The position numbers and the translations under genes are program-made. 25,832 nucleotides of DNA, taken from positions 1-25,832 of IMG/VR virus record IMGVR_UViG_3300034283_002348, one strand, 5' to 3'. Below are positions 7,436 to 15,829 of the stretch, piece by piece. The notes under the pieces are model-generated. The model was not told the origin of the DNA and did no database searches. It was given only the letters and a program-made list of their open reading frames with translations. How positions within the stretch are numbered: the stretch's first letter is position 1; each line of letters opens with the position of its first letter. The DNA comes from a virus (lineage: Duplodnaviria; Caudoviricetes).

Positions 7436-8148
7436 TATATCCCGAATTTGTTTCTATGTGCTTGGAAAATCTGAGAAGCCTCTGTAGGAGATACAGCTCT
7501 GTTGTATAGGGCGTAGACCGGCAAAGCTCCTATCATTGCGTAGTTACCTCCGCTGTAGGCTCCAATTCCAAATGCATTAGTAGTATTTTGTCCGGATATA
7601 GAATTGCTGTTTGAATATATTTCAACTCCGTTGATATAGAACTTTCTGGTACTTCCGTCGTGTGTTGCAATAATGTTATGAAAATTATTTAAGTACGTAC
7701 TAGCTTCAAGCCCGCTGCTGCCATCACTCCCACCGGTTCCTTCGGTTCTCCAGACAAGGGCAGAACAGTAGTAAATCTCCCAAGATCCTGACCAGCGCGT
7801 TAAAGCAGTACAGGTATAAGAAGTAATCTTAATCCAGATTGAGAAAGTCATTCCATTTTGAGGAATACATTCATCCAAACTATCTGAGTTTGGCATTGCA
7901 ACAAAATTATTAGCTACGCCGTCTCCTGCTCCTACGTGACGGTCAAACATCATGTACTTTGTGTTACTATCAAATCCGCTAGCTGTTCCTGCTCCTGGTC
8001 CTGTAAAATTAGTTAAGGTACCGTGGTTCCCCTTACCGGAGATATCGTACCATGTGTTCCCTGATCCCGGGTAGGATTTAGGATTGGTAGAATCTAGAAG
8101 TAAAGACAGCCCGGCTGTAGGAATCTTTGGACTATGATGTAACGCCAT
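7435..8148 (-). CDS. LamG/ConA-like virion protein
   Basis: PKIPTAGLSLLLDS..PKSYPGSGNTWYDISG.GNHGTL, TFSIWIK, FYING, YNRAVS..E..Q.F...R.KFGI. Confidence 0.85.
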   Translation of the reverse strand: MALHHSPKIPTAGLSLLLDSTNPKSYPGSGNTWYDISGKGNHGTLTNFTGPGAGTASGFDSNTKYMMFDRHVGAGDGVANNFVAMPNSDSLDECIPQNGMTFSIWIKITSYTCTALTRWSGSWEIYYCSALVWRTEGTGGSDGSSGLEASTYLNNFHNIIATHDGSTRKFYINGVEIYSNSNSISGQNTTNAFGIGAYSGGNYAMIGALPVYALYNRAVSPTEASQIFQAHRNKFGI

Positions 8149-8157
8149 AACAGCTGA

Positions 8158-8505
8158 CTAGATCGGATCTCCTTCTGTTCTAGGGGCAGTCCACTCTTCG
8201 GTTGCTAGGATTGCTAGGATCTCAGAATGAGTGTATTCGGTTACTTCCTCATAATCAAGGAATGTAGGGCGACCGTAAGTTCCGGCCAGAGTCACAGAGG
8301 TCCTTTCTTCACCGGTCTCAATGTCGGTAAAGGTATGGGTGATGTCCTGGGGTATGATATTGATATCATACTTGATAAAGGTCTTAGAACCGTCTACCGA
8401 GTGACGGAGACTACCGGCTGAAGATTCCATTACCTGGCTGAAGTCGATGTTTTCTACTTCGGTGGTCGGGATGATTACCCAACGTCTGTTTTCAAATGTA
8501 CTCAT
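8158..8505 (-). CDS. Acidic phage hypothetical protein within the LamG array
   Basis: 115 aa with IDFSQV.E.S...LR.S.DG.KTFIK and YTHSEILAIL.T.EWT motifs; TATTTATA upstream. Confidence 0.75.
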   Translation of the reverse strand: MSTFENRRWVIIPTTEVENIDFSQVMESSAGSLRHSVDGSKTFIKYDINIIPQDITHTFTDIETGEERTSVTLAGTYGRPTFLDYEEVTEYTHSEILAILATEEWTAPRTEGDPI

Positions 8506-8521
8506 TGTGTTTTAGTTTAAT

Positions 8522-8529
8522 TATAAATA
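8522..8529 (-). promoter_or_regulatory. TATTTATA motif before the 115-aa gene
   Basis: 16 nt upstream of the ATG. Confidence 0.65.
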
Positions 8530-9705
8530 CTAGTATAAATTAAAGCGAGTTCTGTAAAGTCCAAAATTTTGATTTATCTCTCCCTCTGTCAATGCTCGGT
8601 TATATACTTTTGCAACTGCAATTTTGCCGCCGAATCTCTCTCCGTCACCGGCACTATGGGCTCCGATTTTTAAGAAATCAAAATCTAAGCAATCTGCACA
8701 TGAAGAATTGACTACCTGCTGTACGCCGTTAACTGCATATCTCATAGTGGATCCGTTGTAGGAAAACACCACATGGGCCCACCTATTGGCAGGGACTGTT
8801 AACGAGCTGGCAGCACACGGCCAGAACCCTAGCACATTACTTGGCTGAATATAAAGTGCATCATCACTAGCTACGTTATTCTGAATGATTGCTCTATATC
8901 CGCCGTTATTCTTAGTATCATATACAACAGCCTCCATTGTAACTTGAGTCAATGAATCATTCACTCCAAAGTTTGTGTCAATAAAATCATCAGTTGCATC
9001 AAAAAACATATCGCCAGGTGAAACAAAAGACATATTTGTAACATCCAGGGTGTAAGTCTGCTTTACATCCAGTAGACTTCTAGTAGCTGTTCTTTCTCCA
9101 TTTACAAACGGGGTACTGTATGCTCTATACTCAACTCTTGGGTTTTTCATGTATAGGATACCGCTAGAGGCCATGCGGGGTCCACAGCCTCCTGGGTATA
9201 CTAGCATCCTGAGGGTACCGGCGCCTCCTGTTGGTCCGGAAGTAAATGTAAGAGTGCGCCAAACACCTACTTCTGTGGATACTGAAGCACTTCCTCCTAG
9301 GGCATTTTCAAAAACAAGTAGAGTAGAATTTTCCGGAAAGCCTGTAGCATCAGGAGTTACGTAGTACTCAATTGTAAACGTTGCGGAAGTTCCGGCTGGT
9401 ATTGCAAGGTCGTTACCGTGATAATGACATCCGTTCGATCCAAGAGTGTACTTGTACACAACATCTTCCGGCTTAATAAGGTAATCCCCTACCATCTGAC
9501 CCCAGCCCAGTCTAACAAACGTACCGGTACCTTGTACTTCAAAACTAACGTTGTTGTCTGAACCTGGCCCTGGTCCGGCAGTGCCCGGTAGTGCAAACTT
9601 ATTGATAGTCGGTTGACCTCTGAAGCTATTGGTACCGTCTCCGGTATCGTACCCTAAGATCAGTCCTTCAGTGGTTGCTTTACTAAATCCTGTTGCTATT
9701 GCCAT
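8530..9705 (-). CDS. LamG protein with an inserted galactose-binding/CBM-like domain
   Basis: GLILGYDTG...SFRGQPTIN, an inserted ~170-aa beta-rich domain ending NPRVE...TPFV.G.R, then the LamG core and YNRALT..EI.QNF...RTRFNL. Confidence 0.8.
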   Translation of the reverse strand: MAIATGFSKATTEGLILGYDTGDGTNSFRGQPTINKFALPGTAGPGPGSDNNVSFEVQGTGTFVRLGWGQMVGDYLIKPEDVVYKYTLGSNGCHYHGNDLAIPAGTSATFTIEYYVTPDATGFPENSTLLVFENALGGSASVSTEVGVWRTLTFTSGPTGGAGTLRMLVYPGGCGPRMASSGILYMKNPRVEYRAYSTPFVNGERTATRSLLDVKQTYTLDVTNMSFVSPGDMFFDATDDFIDTNFGVNDSLTQVTMEAVVYDTKNNGGYRAIIQNNVASDDALYIQPSNVLGFWPCAASSLTVPANRWAHVVFSYNGSTMRYAVNGVQQVVNSSCADCLDFDFLKIGAHSAGDGERFGGKIAVAKVYNRALTEGEINQNFGLYRTRFNLY

Positions 9706-9708
9706 AAC

Positions 9709-9716
9709 TATAAATA
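9709..9716 (-). promoter_or_regulatory. TATTTATA motif before LamG gene 8530..9705
   Basis: Fills most of an 11-nt intergenic gap and lies only 3 nt from the ATG. Confidence 0.6.
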
Positions 9717-10883
9717 TTAAATTCCGTAACGTCCACGGACTGCGTTGAAGTTTTGCGTAACGTCTGCTGCTGAGAGTGCTCGGTTGTATGCTTTCGCTAC
9801 TGGTATTTTGCCATTGAAGTAGTAATAATTATACTGATAGTCCCATCTTCCTAATACTACCGGTCGGCTTGTAAATTTTACAGTTTTAGTTAAAACAAAA
9901 GTAGAATCTAATACACCATTAATGTACAGTTTAACTGTATTCGAAGACTGGTCGAAGGTCATTACAAGATGGAAAGGAGTTCCTACTGTAGCAGTATATG
10001 TTGTATACTTAGAGTCATATTCCCTACTATTGTCCGTGTATCCTATGGATATTCCTATTCTATTACCGCTTATATGATTAAGTCCAAAATTACTCGTATT
10101 AGCATAATCATGGTTTGAAATTATACCCGCTGGGGATTGTGGTCCTCCAGAAATTGTTGTTATGACTTCAAATGTCTGTGATCCATTTAGCGCTATGTTT
10201 TCAGAAGTTAGTATACGGTCATCTGATCCATCAAAAGTCATTTGTGCACTGCTATCAAATGATACGTTTGATAGATCGATTGTTGATCTGCCGGTTAAGT
10301 CTTTGAGGCCTTGGGTGACGGAACGGGTTCCGTTTACAAACGGAGTTGCATGTGATTTAACTTCCACTTGTACATTAGATATCCTAGCAGTTACAGTCGT
10401 AGATGTGCCATTAGACATCCAAATTAATATTCCAACCTTTCCACCACTTCCTACTACGCCACTCCAGGTAATATCTTCTCTATCATCTGTAGTCTTTACA
10501 TTCCTATCTGCTTCCGGGGAGTATCCTAGGTAAGTCTCGCTTCCTGAGGTTTGACCTATCCACAGAAAGTTAAATTTGTTAGGGTCACTAGCATATTCAA
10601 ATGTAGCCGAAATAGTAACATACTGTCCAGTGTAAGCCGATACATCGTAGTAAAATGTCGTCCATGATGCATCGCCGCCCCATTCTACTGTTGATGTTGT
10701 AAAATCAAAAGTCTTATTAGCACTGTCTACTACAGTATAAGATCCTGGCCATCCGCCTTGAGAGGGAGTGTTTGTTGCTAAATTTACTGTAGGCTCTCCT
10801 AAATACGAACGCACAATATTAGCCTGATCATATGCAAATACTAATCCGGTATTATCAATGTATGGTGCTACTCTTCCTGCCAT
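9717..10883 (-). CDS. LamG protein with an inserted CBM-like domain
   Basis: GLVFAYD....RSYLGEPTVN, insert ending NVQVEVKSHATPFVNGTRS, then the LamG core and YNRALS..DV.QNFN..RGRYGI. Confidence 0.8.
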   Translation of the reverse strand: MAGRVAPYIDNTGLVFAYDQANIVRSYLGEPTVNLATNTPSQGGWPGSYTVVDSANKTFDFTTSTVEWGGDASWTTFYYDVSAYTGQYVTISATFEYASDPNKFNFLWIGQTSGSETYLGYSPEADRNVKTTDDREDITWSGVVGSGGKVGILIWMSNGTSTTVTARISNVQVEVKSHATPFVNGTRSVTQGLKDLTGRSTIDLSNVSFDSSAQMTFDGSDDRILTSENIALNGSQTFEVITTISGGPQSPAGIISNHDYANTSNFGLNHISGNRIGISIGYTDNSREYDSKYTTYTATVGTPFHLVMTFDQSSNTVKLYINGVLDSTFVLTKTVKFTSRPVVLGRWDYQYNYYYFNGKIPVAKAYNRALSAADVTQNFNAVRGRYGI

Positions 10884-11521
10884 TATAGTCCGAATCTAGT
10901 TTTAGTCATGTTGAAGTTCTGTAGGATTTCTGAGGCTGTGAGTGCTCGGTTGTATGCTTGCACACAAGCAGAATTTCCTTTCCAAGTCTCTGCGGTTGCT
11001 CTATTAAACCAAGTTGGTGTTAATGTTGGTGTAGTGTATGCCGTTCCAGTTCCACCAAGAACTCCATTTACATAATATGATGCAGAGGAAGATCCAGAAG
11101 GTTTGGATAATGCAACATATACCCACTGATTCCTATAAACTACTGTTGTTGTATATAATGCTGCATCAAACTCTATTTGCCCAGAAGCGTTCCACCATAT
11201 CATAGGTGCTGCAGTTACACTATCTACAAAATTTCTATATGTTGCTGTTGTTTCTGTGGAATATAACCATCCAGTATAAGTGATTGCTTGTCCTGATGTT
11301 GTACCAAATGTGGAAGTAATATAGTCATTAGAGCCGTCAAACTCTATGACCCCTTTATTTGCACTAGCATAAACAGCTCCATTAGTAAGAGTCGCATTCC
11401 CGGAAGGTCCTGCTAGATTTTTCCAAGCAGTACCCGAACCCGGATAAGATCTTATATTACCGGCATCCAGAGACAGAACTAGTCCTGACTGTACAATATT
11501 TGGTCCTCTTCTAATTCCCAT
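10883..11521 (-). CDS. LamG/ConA-like virion protein (no insert)
   Basis: GPNIVQSGLVLSLDAGN.RSYPGSG..W, FDGSNDYI, YNRALT.SEILQNFN.TKTRFGL. Confidence 0.85.
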   Translation of the reverse strand: MGIRRGPNIVQSGLVLSLDAGNIRSYPGSGTAWKNLAGPSGNATLTNGAVYASANKGVIEFDGSNDYITSTFGTTSGQAITYTGWLYSTETTATYRNFVDSVTAAPMIWWNASGQIEFDAALYTTTVVYRNQWVYVALSKPSGSSSASYYVNGVLGGTGTAYTTPTLTPTWFNRATAETWKGNSACVQAYNRALTASEILQNFNMTKTRFGL

Positions 11522-11522
11522 T

Positions 11523-12683
11523 CTATGCTATGTTAAAGCGTGATTTAACTGCGTTAAAGTTTCTTTGTACCTGGTCGGCCGTGAGTGCTTGGCCGTATAT
11601 TTTTACCACGGATAAATTTCCGTTAAATTCGTACCCTGATGCACCTGTAAACCGTCCGATATATAGAGGTATGTTTGGTGTAGTTCCTGAGCCTATGCTT
11701 AGGGTGTTTTCTAAAGCTCCATTTACGTATACTTTAGCTTGACCTCCGCTCTGGACTGTTACAACAACGTGGAACCATTTATTAGCAGCTATTTGAGTAG
11801 TTGAAGGTAGGTTAGTATAAATCCATCCGCTTCCGTTTCCAAAATGAGAATTAAAATATCCATTAGAAATTTCAAATCTTATACCTAAGTTAACATCTAG
11901 TAGTACTTTTTGAGCTGATGTATAAACACTAGGATTTAACCATACTTCGGTACTCCAATTAGATAATGCAGGAAAGTTAGATGTTAAAGCATAGTCATCC
12001 GTACCGTCAAAAGTCATTTGAGCATTGCTGTCAAATGATACTGTACTTATGTTGATAGTATTTTTTGCTGTAAGGTCTTTGAGACCTTGGGTAGCAGAGC
12101 GGGTTCCTACAGTAAACTGAGTGGCTTTAGATTTCTGCTCTACCTGAAGTCCGTCGTAGTATACGGTAACTCCGGAAGTATACATATCAAATCTCCCCTG
12201 TACGTATGCTGTAGTTGCATCGGTTAATGTCCGAGTTACACTCAAGCGCTGCCACTCTCCTGTCGGTGTTATATATTGCTGACTATAGTTAGTGTAATTA
12301 CCTGCAGAATTTGCTTCAAAGAATAGTATACTTGGGTTTGATCCAACCGGGGCTTTAATATAAATGCTCATAGTCCAGGTCTGACCTACTGAAGCTGCTG
12401 CAATATTAAACCCTGAAGAGCTATAACTACCTCCATAGGCACTAGTTCCGGATGTAACTACTTTAAGTACAGTTCCTCTAACTGGAGAGGTTATAGACGT
12501 ATCTCTACTAACACTAGATAACTGGTGTCCTCCAGTAGTCCAGGTGTATAGATCTAAAGGATTAAAACTGTTTAACTGTCCAACCGTATTAGTCGTAGGT
12601 TCACCCAAATACGAGCGTACAGTATTTCCGGTGTCGTAATTAAACACTAATCCGTCTGCAGATGTTTTAGGTGAGTAGAACAT
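11523..12683 (-). CDS. LamG protein with an inserted CBM4/9-like domain
   Basis: Insert with GQTWTMSIYIK...TGEWQRLSVT...YYDGLQVEQ, then the LamG core (WFHVVVT, VYVNG, LYIGR) and RFNI terminus. Confidence 0.8.
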   Translation of the reverse strand: MFYSPKTSADGLVFNYDTGNTVRSYLGEPTTNTVGQLNSFNPLDLYTWTTGGHQLSSVSRDTSITSPVRGTVLKVVTSGTSAYGGSYSSSGFNIAAASVGQTWTMSIYIKAPVGSNPSILFFEANSAGNYTNYSQQYITPTGEWQRLSVTRTLTDATTAYVQGRFDMYTSGVTVYYDGLQVEQKSKATQFTVGTRSATQGLKDLTAKNTINISTVSFDSNAQMTFDGTDDYALTSNFPALSNWSTEVWLNPSVYTSAQKVLLDVNLGIRFEISNGYFNSHFGNGSGWIYTNLPSTTQIAANKWFHVVVTVQSGGQAKVYVNGALENTLSIGSGTTPNIPLYIGRFTGASGYEFNGNLSVVKIYGQALTADQVQRNFNAVKSRFNIA

Positions 12684-13996
12684 TATGCTAGATTAAATCT
12701 TGTTCTGTAATTATTATACTGCTGTGTTACTTCGGTTGCTGATAGTCCTCTGTTGTAGAAGTTTACTACATCGATAGTACCGTACCAGTTATTACCTGCT
12801 CCTGAATATCTTGAACCTATATTACGGTGAGTTGTACCGCCTCCTAGCACTGTAACATCTTGACGGCTGTTTGCGGCCTGAAGAGTTGAGGTTGTAGACT
12901 GAAGTACTCCATTTAGGTAGACTTTCACCACCGCTCCCTCCCAGGTGTACATCACATGGTAGTACTGGTTTGCAGTAATCGTTGCTGTTGTTCTAGCTCC
13001 GGTATTCCATCCTCCGTTATTATCGAACCATCCTGAACCGTTGTTTAAATCAACACCAAAAAACACAGTTCCGCTGATGTTATAGAGAGCAAGCCAGGTA
13101 CTATTTTCTTGGATGTATAACTGGTGGAAATTCCCTGATCCGGGTAGGGAGTAGGGATTACATACAAACTCGTAACTAGCTGCAGTAAAGCCTGACTGCA
13201 GGTTTGTAGCTAGAGGCAGGTAGTCGTTAGATCCATCGAATTCAAGAGCTGATTTAACTCCTTTTAGGGGGAGTCCGAAATTTATATGAGCTACCTGGTT
13301 TGGATTTGTTGTGTAGTTTTCGTAAACCCAGCCGTATGCTCTGCCGGCTCCTAGTCCCGGTTTTCCTACTAGTATCCATTCCGGAGCAGGTACATAGTCG
13401 TTATCTAAAGAAGTGCCTGTAGGCATTCCTAAGTCATACAGAATGTTACGTACTGTAGAGTTATATCGATCAGCACGGTGAGAGCCAGCAATTATAAAAA
13501 TTGCATTAGGAAAAGTAGACTTTACAGTATTGTAGTCTTCTGCAAAAAGCGTTAATTCGGTGTTGTAGCCGTTCTCAGCTCCGCTGTAATTATCGTAACA
13601 GTGACCTCCTAGTCTAAATCCACGGAAGTAACCTGATATCCAGCTATTAGTGTCTATGTTCCTAACCCACATATGTAGTGAACGGCTTGCGTCGTAAGTC
13701 TTACCTCCGGACCTTACATCGTATCCTGGTGTTAGACCTTGCCGGTTTGCTGCATCTCCGCCATAACTACCTTCAGGATAGTCGATAGCGAAGCCTGTGT
13801 AGTATTCCCGACCGGTTAACCTAAGTCCGTTTGTAAATTGTAGAATAAGTCCGTTAATATTACTCCGCATTCCCTGGTTGCTTCCGTTAAAACCTCCACA
13901 GCCTAGCGGCATAGCACTGTTTGGAAAATCAGCTGCATCTATAGAGAAGATTAAATTTGCTTTGGTGGGCTGACGAGGTCCTGCTGATGATCCCAT
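12683..13996 (-). CDS. LamG protein with an inserted ILEI/PANDER-like domain
   Basis: Insert pattern RSLHMWV...YDNY...IFIIAGS...LYDLG...WILVGKPG resembles ILEI (GG-type lectin), followed by the LamG core and YNRGLS..EV.Q.YN..RTRFNL. Confidence 0.65.
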   Translation of the reverse strand: MGSSAGPRQPTKANLIFSIDAADFPNSAMPLGCGGFNGSNQGMRSNINGLILQFTNGLRLTGREYYTGFAIDYPEGSYGGDAANRQGLTPGYDVRSGGKTYDASRSLHMWVRNIDTNSWISGYFRGFRLGGHCYDNYSGAENGYNTELTLFAEDYNTVKSTFPNAIFIIAGSHRADRYNSTVRNILYDLGMPTGTSLDNDYVPAPEWILVGKPGLGAGRAYGWVYENYTTNPNQVAHINFGLPLKGVKSALEFDGSNDYLPLATNLQSGFTAASYEFVCNPYSLPGSGNFHQLYIQENSTWLALYNISGTVFFGVDLNNGSGWFDNNGGWNTGARTTATITANQYYHVMYTWEGAVVKVYLNGVLQSTTSTLQAANSRQDVTVLGGGTTHRNIGSRYSGAGNNWYGTIDVVNFYNRGLSATEVTQQYNNYRTRFNLA

Positions 13997-13997
13997 T

Positions 13998-14126
13998 TTA
14001 TAGGCTTGCTAGAAATTCTTCGGCCTGTTCCCGGGTCGGGAAAGCTCCTAAAAAAGGTCCTTCTGCAGTCTCACCGACTGCATAAATGGTGACTGCTACC
14101 GTACTATGTTCTACTATAAGTGCCAT
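13998..14126 (-). CDS. 42-aa micro-ORF, translationally coupled to the upstream LamG gene
   Basis: Not in the ORF track. MALIVEHSTVAVTIYAVGETAEGPFLGAFPTREQAEEFLASL*. TAATG overlap with the upstream stop; it ends 1 nt before the next ATG. Confidence 0.7.
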   Translation of the reverse strand: MALIVEHSTVAVTIYAVGETAEGPFLGAFPTREQAEEFLASL

Positions 14127-15793
14127 TATAATCCGAATCTAGATTTAGTTACGTTATAACTTTGAAGAATCTCTGAAGCACTTAGTGCTCTTTTATACAT
14201 CTTAGCAACTGCTATGTTACCTAGTAAGTTGTAATATGCATCGTTAGGATTATTTCCTATCTGGATATTCATACCACTCCAGATTGTAGTTCCGGCCCAG
14301 GTTCCTGTGTCCCCGCTAGATACTTTCAGCACTCCGTCAACATAGATCCGGGCAGGTGTGTTATCGGCTCTAGTAAATGCTAGGTGATGCCACTTGTTAT
14401 CAAATGCATTTACACCTGAAGTTCCTATGGATGAAACGTAACTTGATGTAGTTGAGTTGTAGAGGTAATACACGATATTTCCGTCTGCGGCTATATATGT
14501 AATCATTCCATAGTCTGGGCAGAATAGTCCTCCTATGGATTTTCCTGGGCCGAGACCTGGTGACTTTACCCACATTATAAATGTATGATTTGGTATACCC
14601 CCAAAACTGTTTACCGACGGAGCATAAATAACATCATTAGTGCCGTCTAAGACCATAGTTCCGCTGTTAAGAGAGCTATGCGAGATACCATTCTCTAGAG
14701 ATGCATTGTTGCCTTTACCGCTAGTGTCGTACCAGACTGTATGAGTGCTGTTGGGAGTAAAAGTACCGCTAGAGGTAAAGGTGTGAAATGATACTCCGTT
14801 TACAGAAGAATAAGTTCCACCTGTGGCTGCTTGAGGTCCGGGGTAACGTACAATTACAATTCCTGAACCTCCTTCTCCTCCTTTGTTGTTTGCGTTGTAG
14901 TGAGATCCGCCGCCGCCGCCGCCTCCGGTGTTAGCGCCTGCGTTGCCTCCTGGCTGATTATTTCCTAGTCCTCCGTTACCAGCGGCATTCCTGCCGTTAG
15001 TATCTCCAAACCCTACAGTATTTCCATTTCCACCAGCTGCTCCGCCACCGCCGCCTCCTAGGCCGCCGTCTCCGCCCTTGGTTCCGGAGTAGCAAGAACC
15101 GCCGCCGCCTCCGCTATAGTAGTAGGGACTCATTCTTGAAATAAGAACTCCTGGACCTCCGTGACCGGCAGTTCCGCTCGGAGCAACGTGGTTTGGTCCG
15201 CTAGTCCCTCTTCCTCCGGCTCCTCCACCGCCACCTGAGTAGTGATCATCAGCACCTGTGGCGGGATTTCCCGAGTTTCCTCCTGGATATCCCTGTCCTA
15301 CAATGTTGTTATTATCTACGTAGCGCTCACCTCCGTGGGTATAAGCTGAACATCCTCCACCGGATGCTCCTGAACCTCCTATGCCTGAGTTAGGAGTGTA
15401 TCCGTAGTAGGAACTTGCTCCAAAGCCTCCTCCTTTTGCAATTAAGTTCCCGAATACTGAATCGGATCCGTTAGTTGCTGAGATAGTGAATTGGTGACTA
15501 TTAGGTTGCGGACCTGCTCCGTCAGTTCTGTATCCGCCATTACCTGCCGGTGCTCCAAAGCCTCCAGCTCCTACGGTAACGGTAATTCCTACACCCGGAG
15601 TAACTAAGTAGTTAGGATCGTACAGCACTCCGCCGCCGCCTCCGCCTCCGCCCATATCCATACCCCCGCCTCCGCCTCCGCCGACGACCATAACTTCAAC
15701 AGCTCGTACTGAACGGGCAGATGTTATGTCGGCAGCGTCTAGCAGAAGTACTAAGCCTTCATTAGGAATTCGTGGATTGCTAGAAAACGCCAT
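14126..15793 (-). CDS. LamG protein with an inserted glycine-rich domain
   Basis: GLVLLLDAA, then a VEVMVVGGGGGGG...GGSGIVIVRY...HTFTSSGTF glycine-rich module, then WYDTSG.GNNA LamG core and YKRALS.SEILQSYN.TKSRFGL. Confidence 0.85.
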   Translation of the reverse strand: MAFSSNPRIPNEGLVLLLDAADITSARSVRAVEVMVVGGGGGGGMDMGGGGGGGGVLYDPNYLVTPGVGITVTVGAGGFGAPAGNGGYRTDGAGPQPNSHQFTISATNGSDSVFGNLIAKGGGFGASSYYGYTPNSGIGGSGASGGGCSAYTHGGERYVDNNNIVGQGYPGGNSGNPATGADDHYSGGGGGAGGRGTSGPNHVAPSGTAGHGGPGVLISRMSPYYYSGGGGGSCYSGTKGGDGGLGGGGGGAAGGNGNTVGFGDTNGRNAAGNGGLGNNQPGGNAGANTGGGGGGGSHYNANNKGGEGGSGIVIVRYPGPQAATGGTYSSVNGVSFHTFTSSGTFTPNSTHTVWYDTSGKGNNASLENGISHSSLNSGTMVLDGTNDVIYAPSVNSFGGIPNHTFIMWVKSPGLGPGKSIGGLFCPDYGMITYIAADGNIVYYLYNSTTSSYVSSIGTSGVNAFDNKWHHLAFTRADNTPARIYVDGVLKVSSGDTGTWAGTTIWSGMNIQIGNNPNDAYYNLLGNIAVAKMYKRALSASEILQSYNVTKSRFGL

Positions 15794-15803
15794 TCTTTTT
15801 CTT

Positions 15804-15811
15804 TATAAATA
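15804..15811 (-). promoter_or_regulatory. TATTTATA motif at the head of the LamG array
   Basis: 10 nt upstream of the ATG at 15793. Confidence 0.7.
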
Positions 15812-15829
15812 GGACGGCGAAAGGAGGTA

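Noticed and set aside
14880-15690. GC-rich GCC/CCG runs suggesting foreign DNA or a microsatellite
   Set aside because: They are explained by poly-Gly codons of the glycine-rich domain.
5792-15793. Diversity-generating retroelement acting on the lectin genes
   Set aside because: There is no reverse transcriptase and no ~100-nt repeat pair differing only at adenines in the window. Paralogue similarity is at protein level.
15819-15828. ACCTCCTTTC on the coding strand resembles the 16S anti-SD tail
   Set aside because: It is a single 10-nt match lying upstream of the TATTTATA motif, with no supporting structure, and is probably chance.
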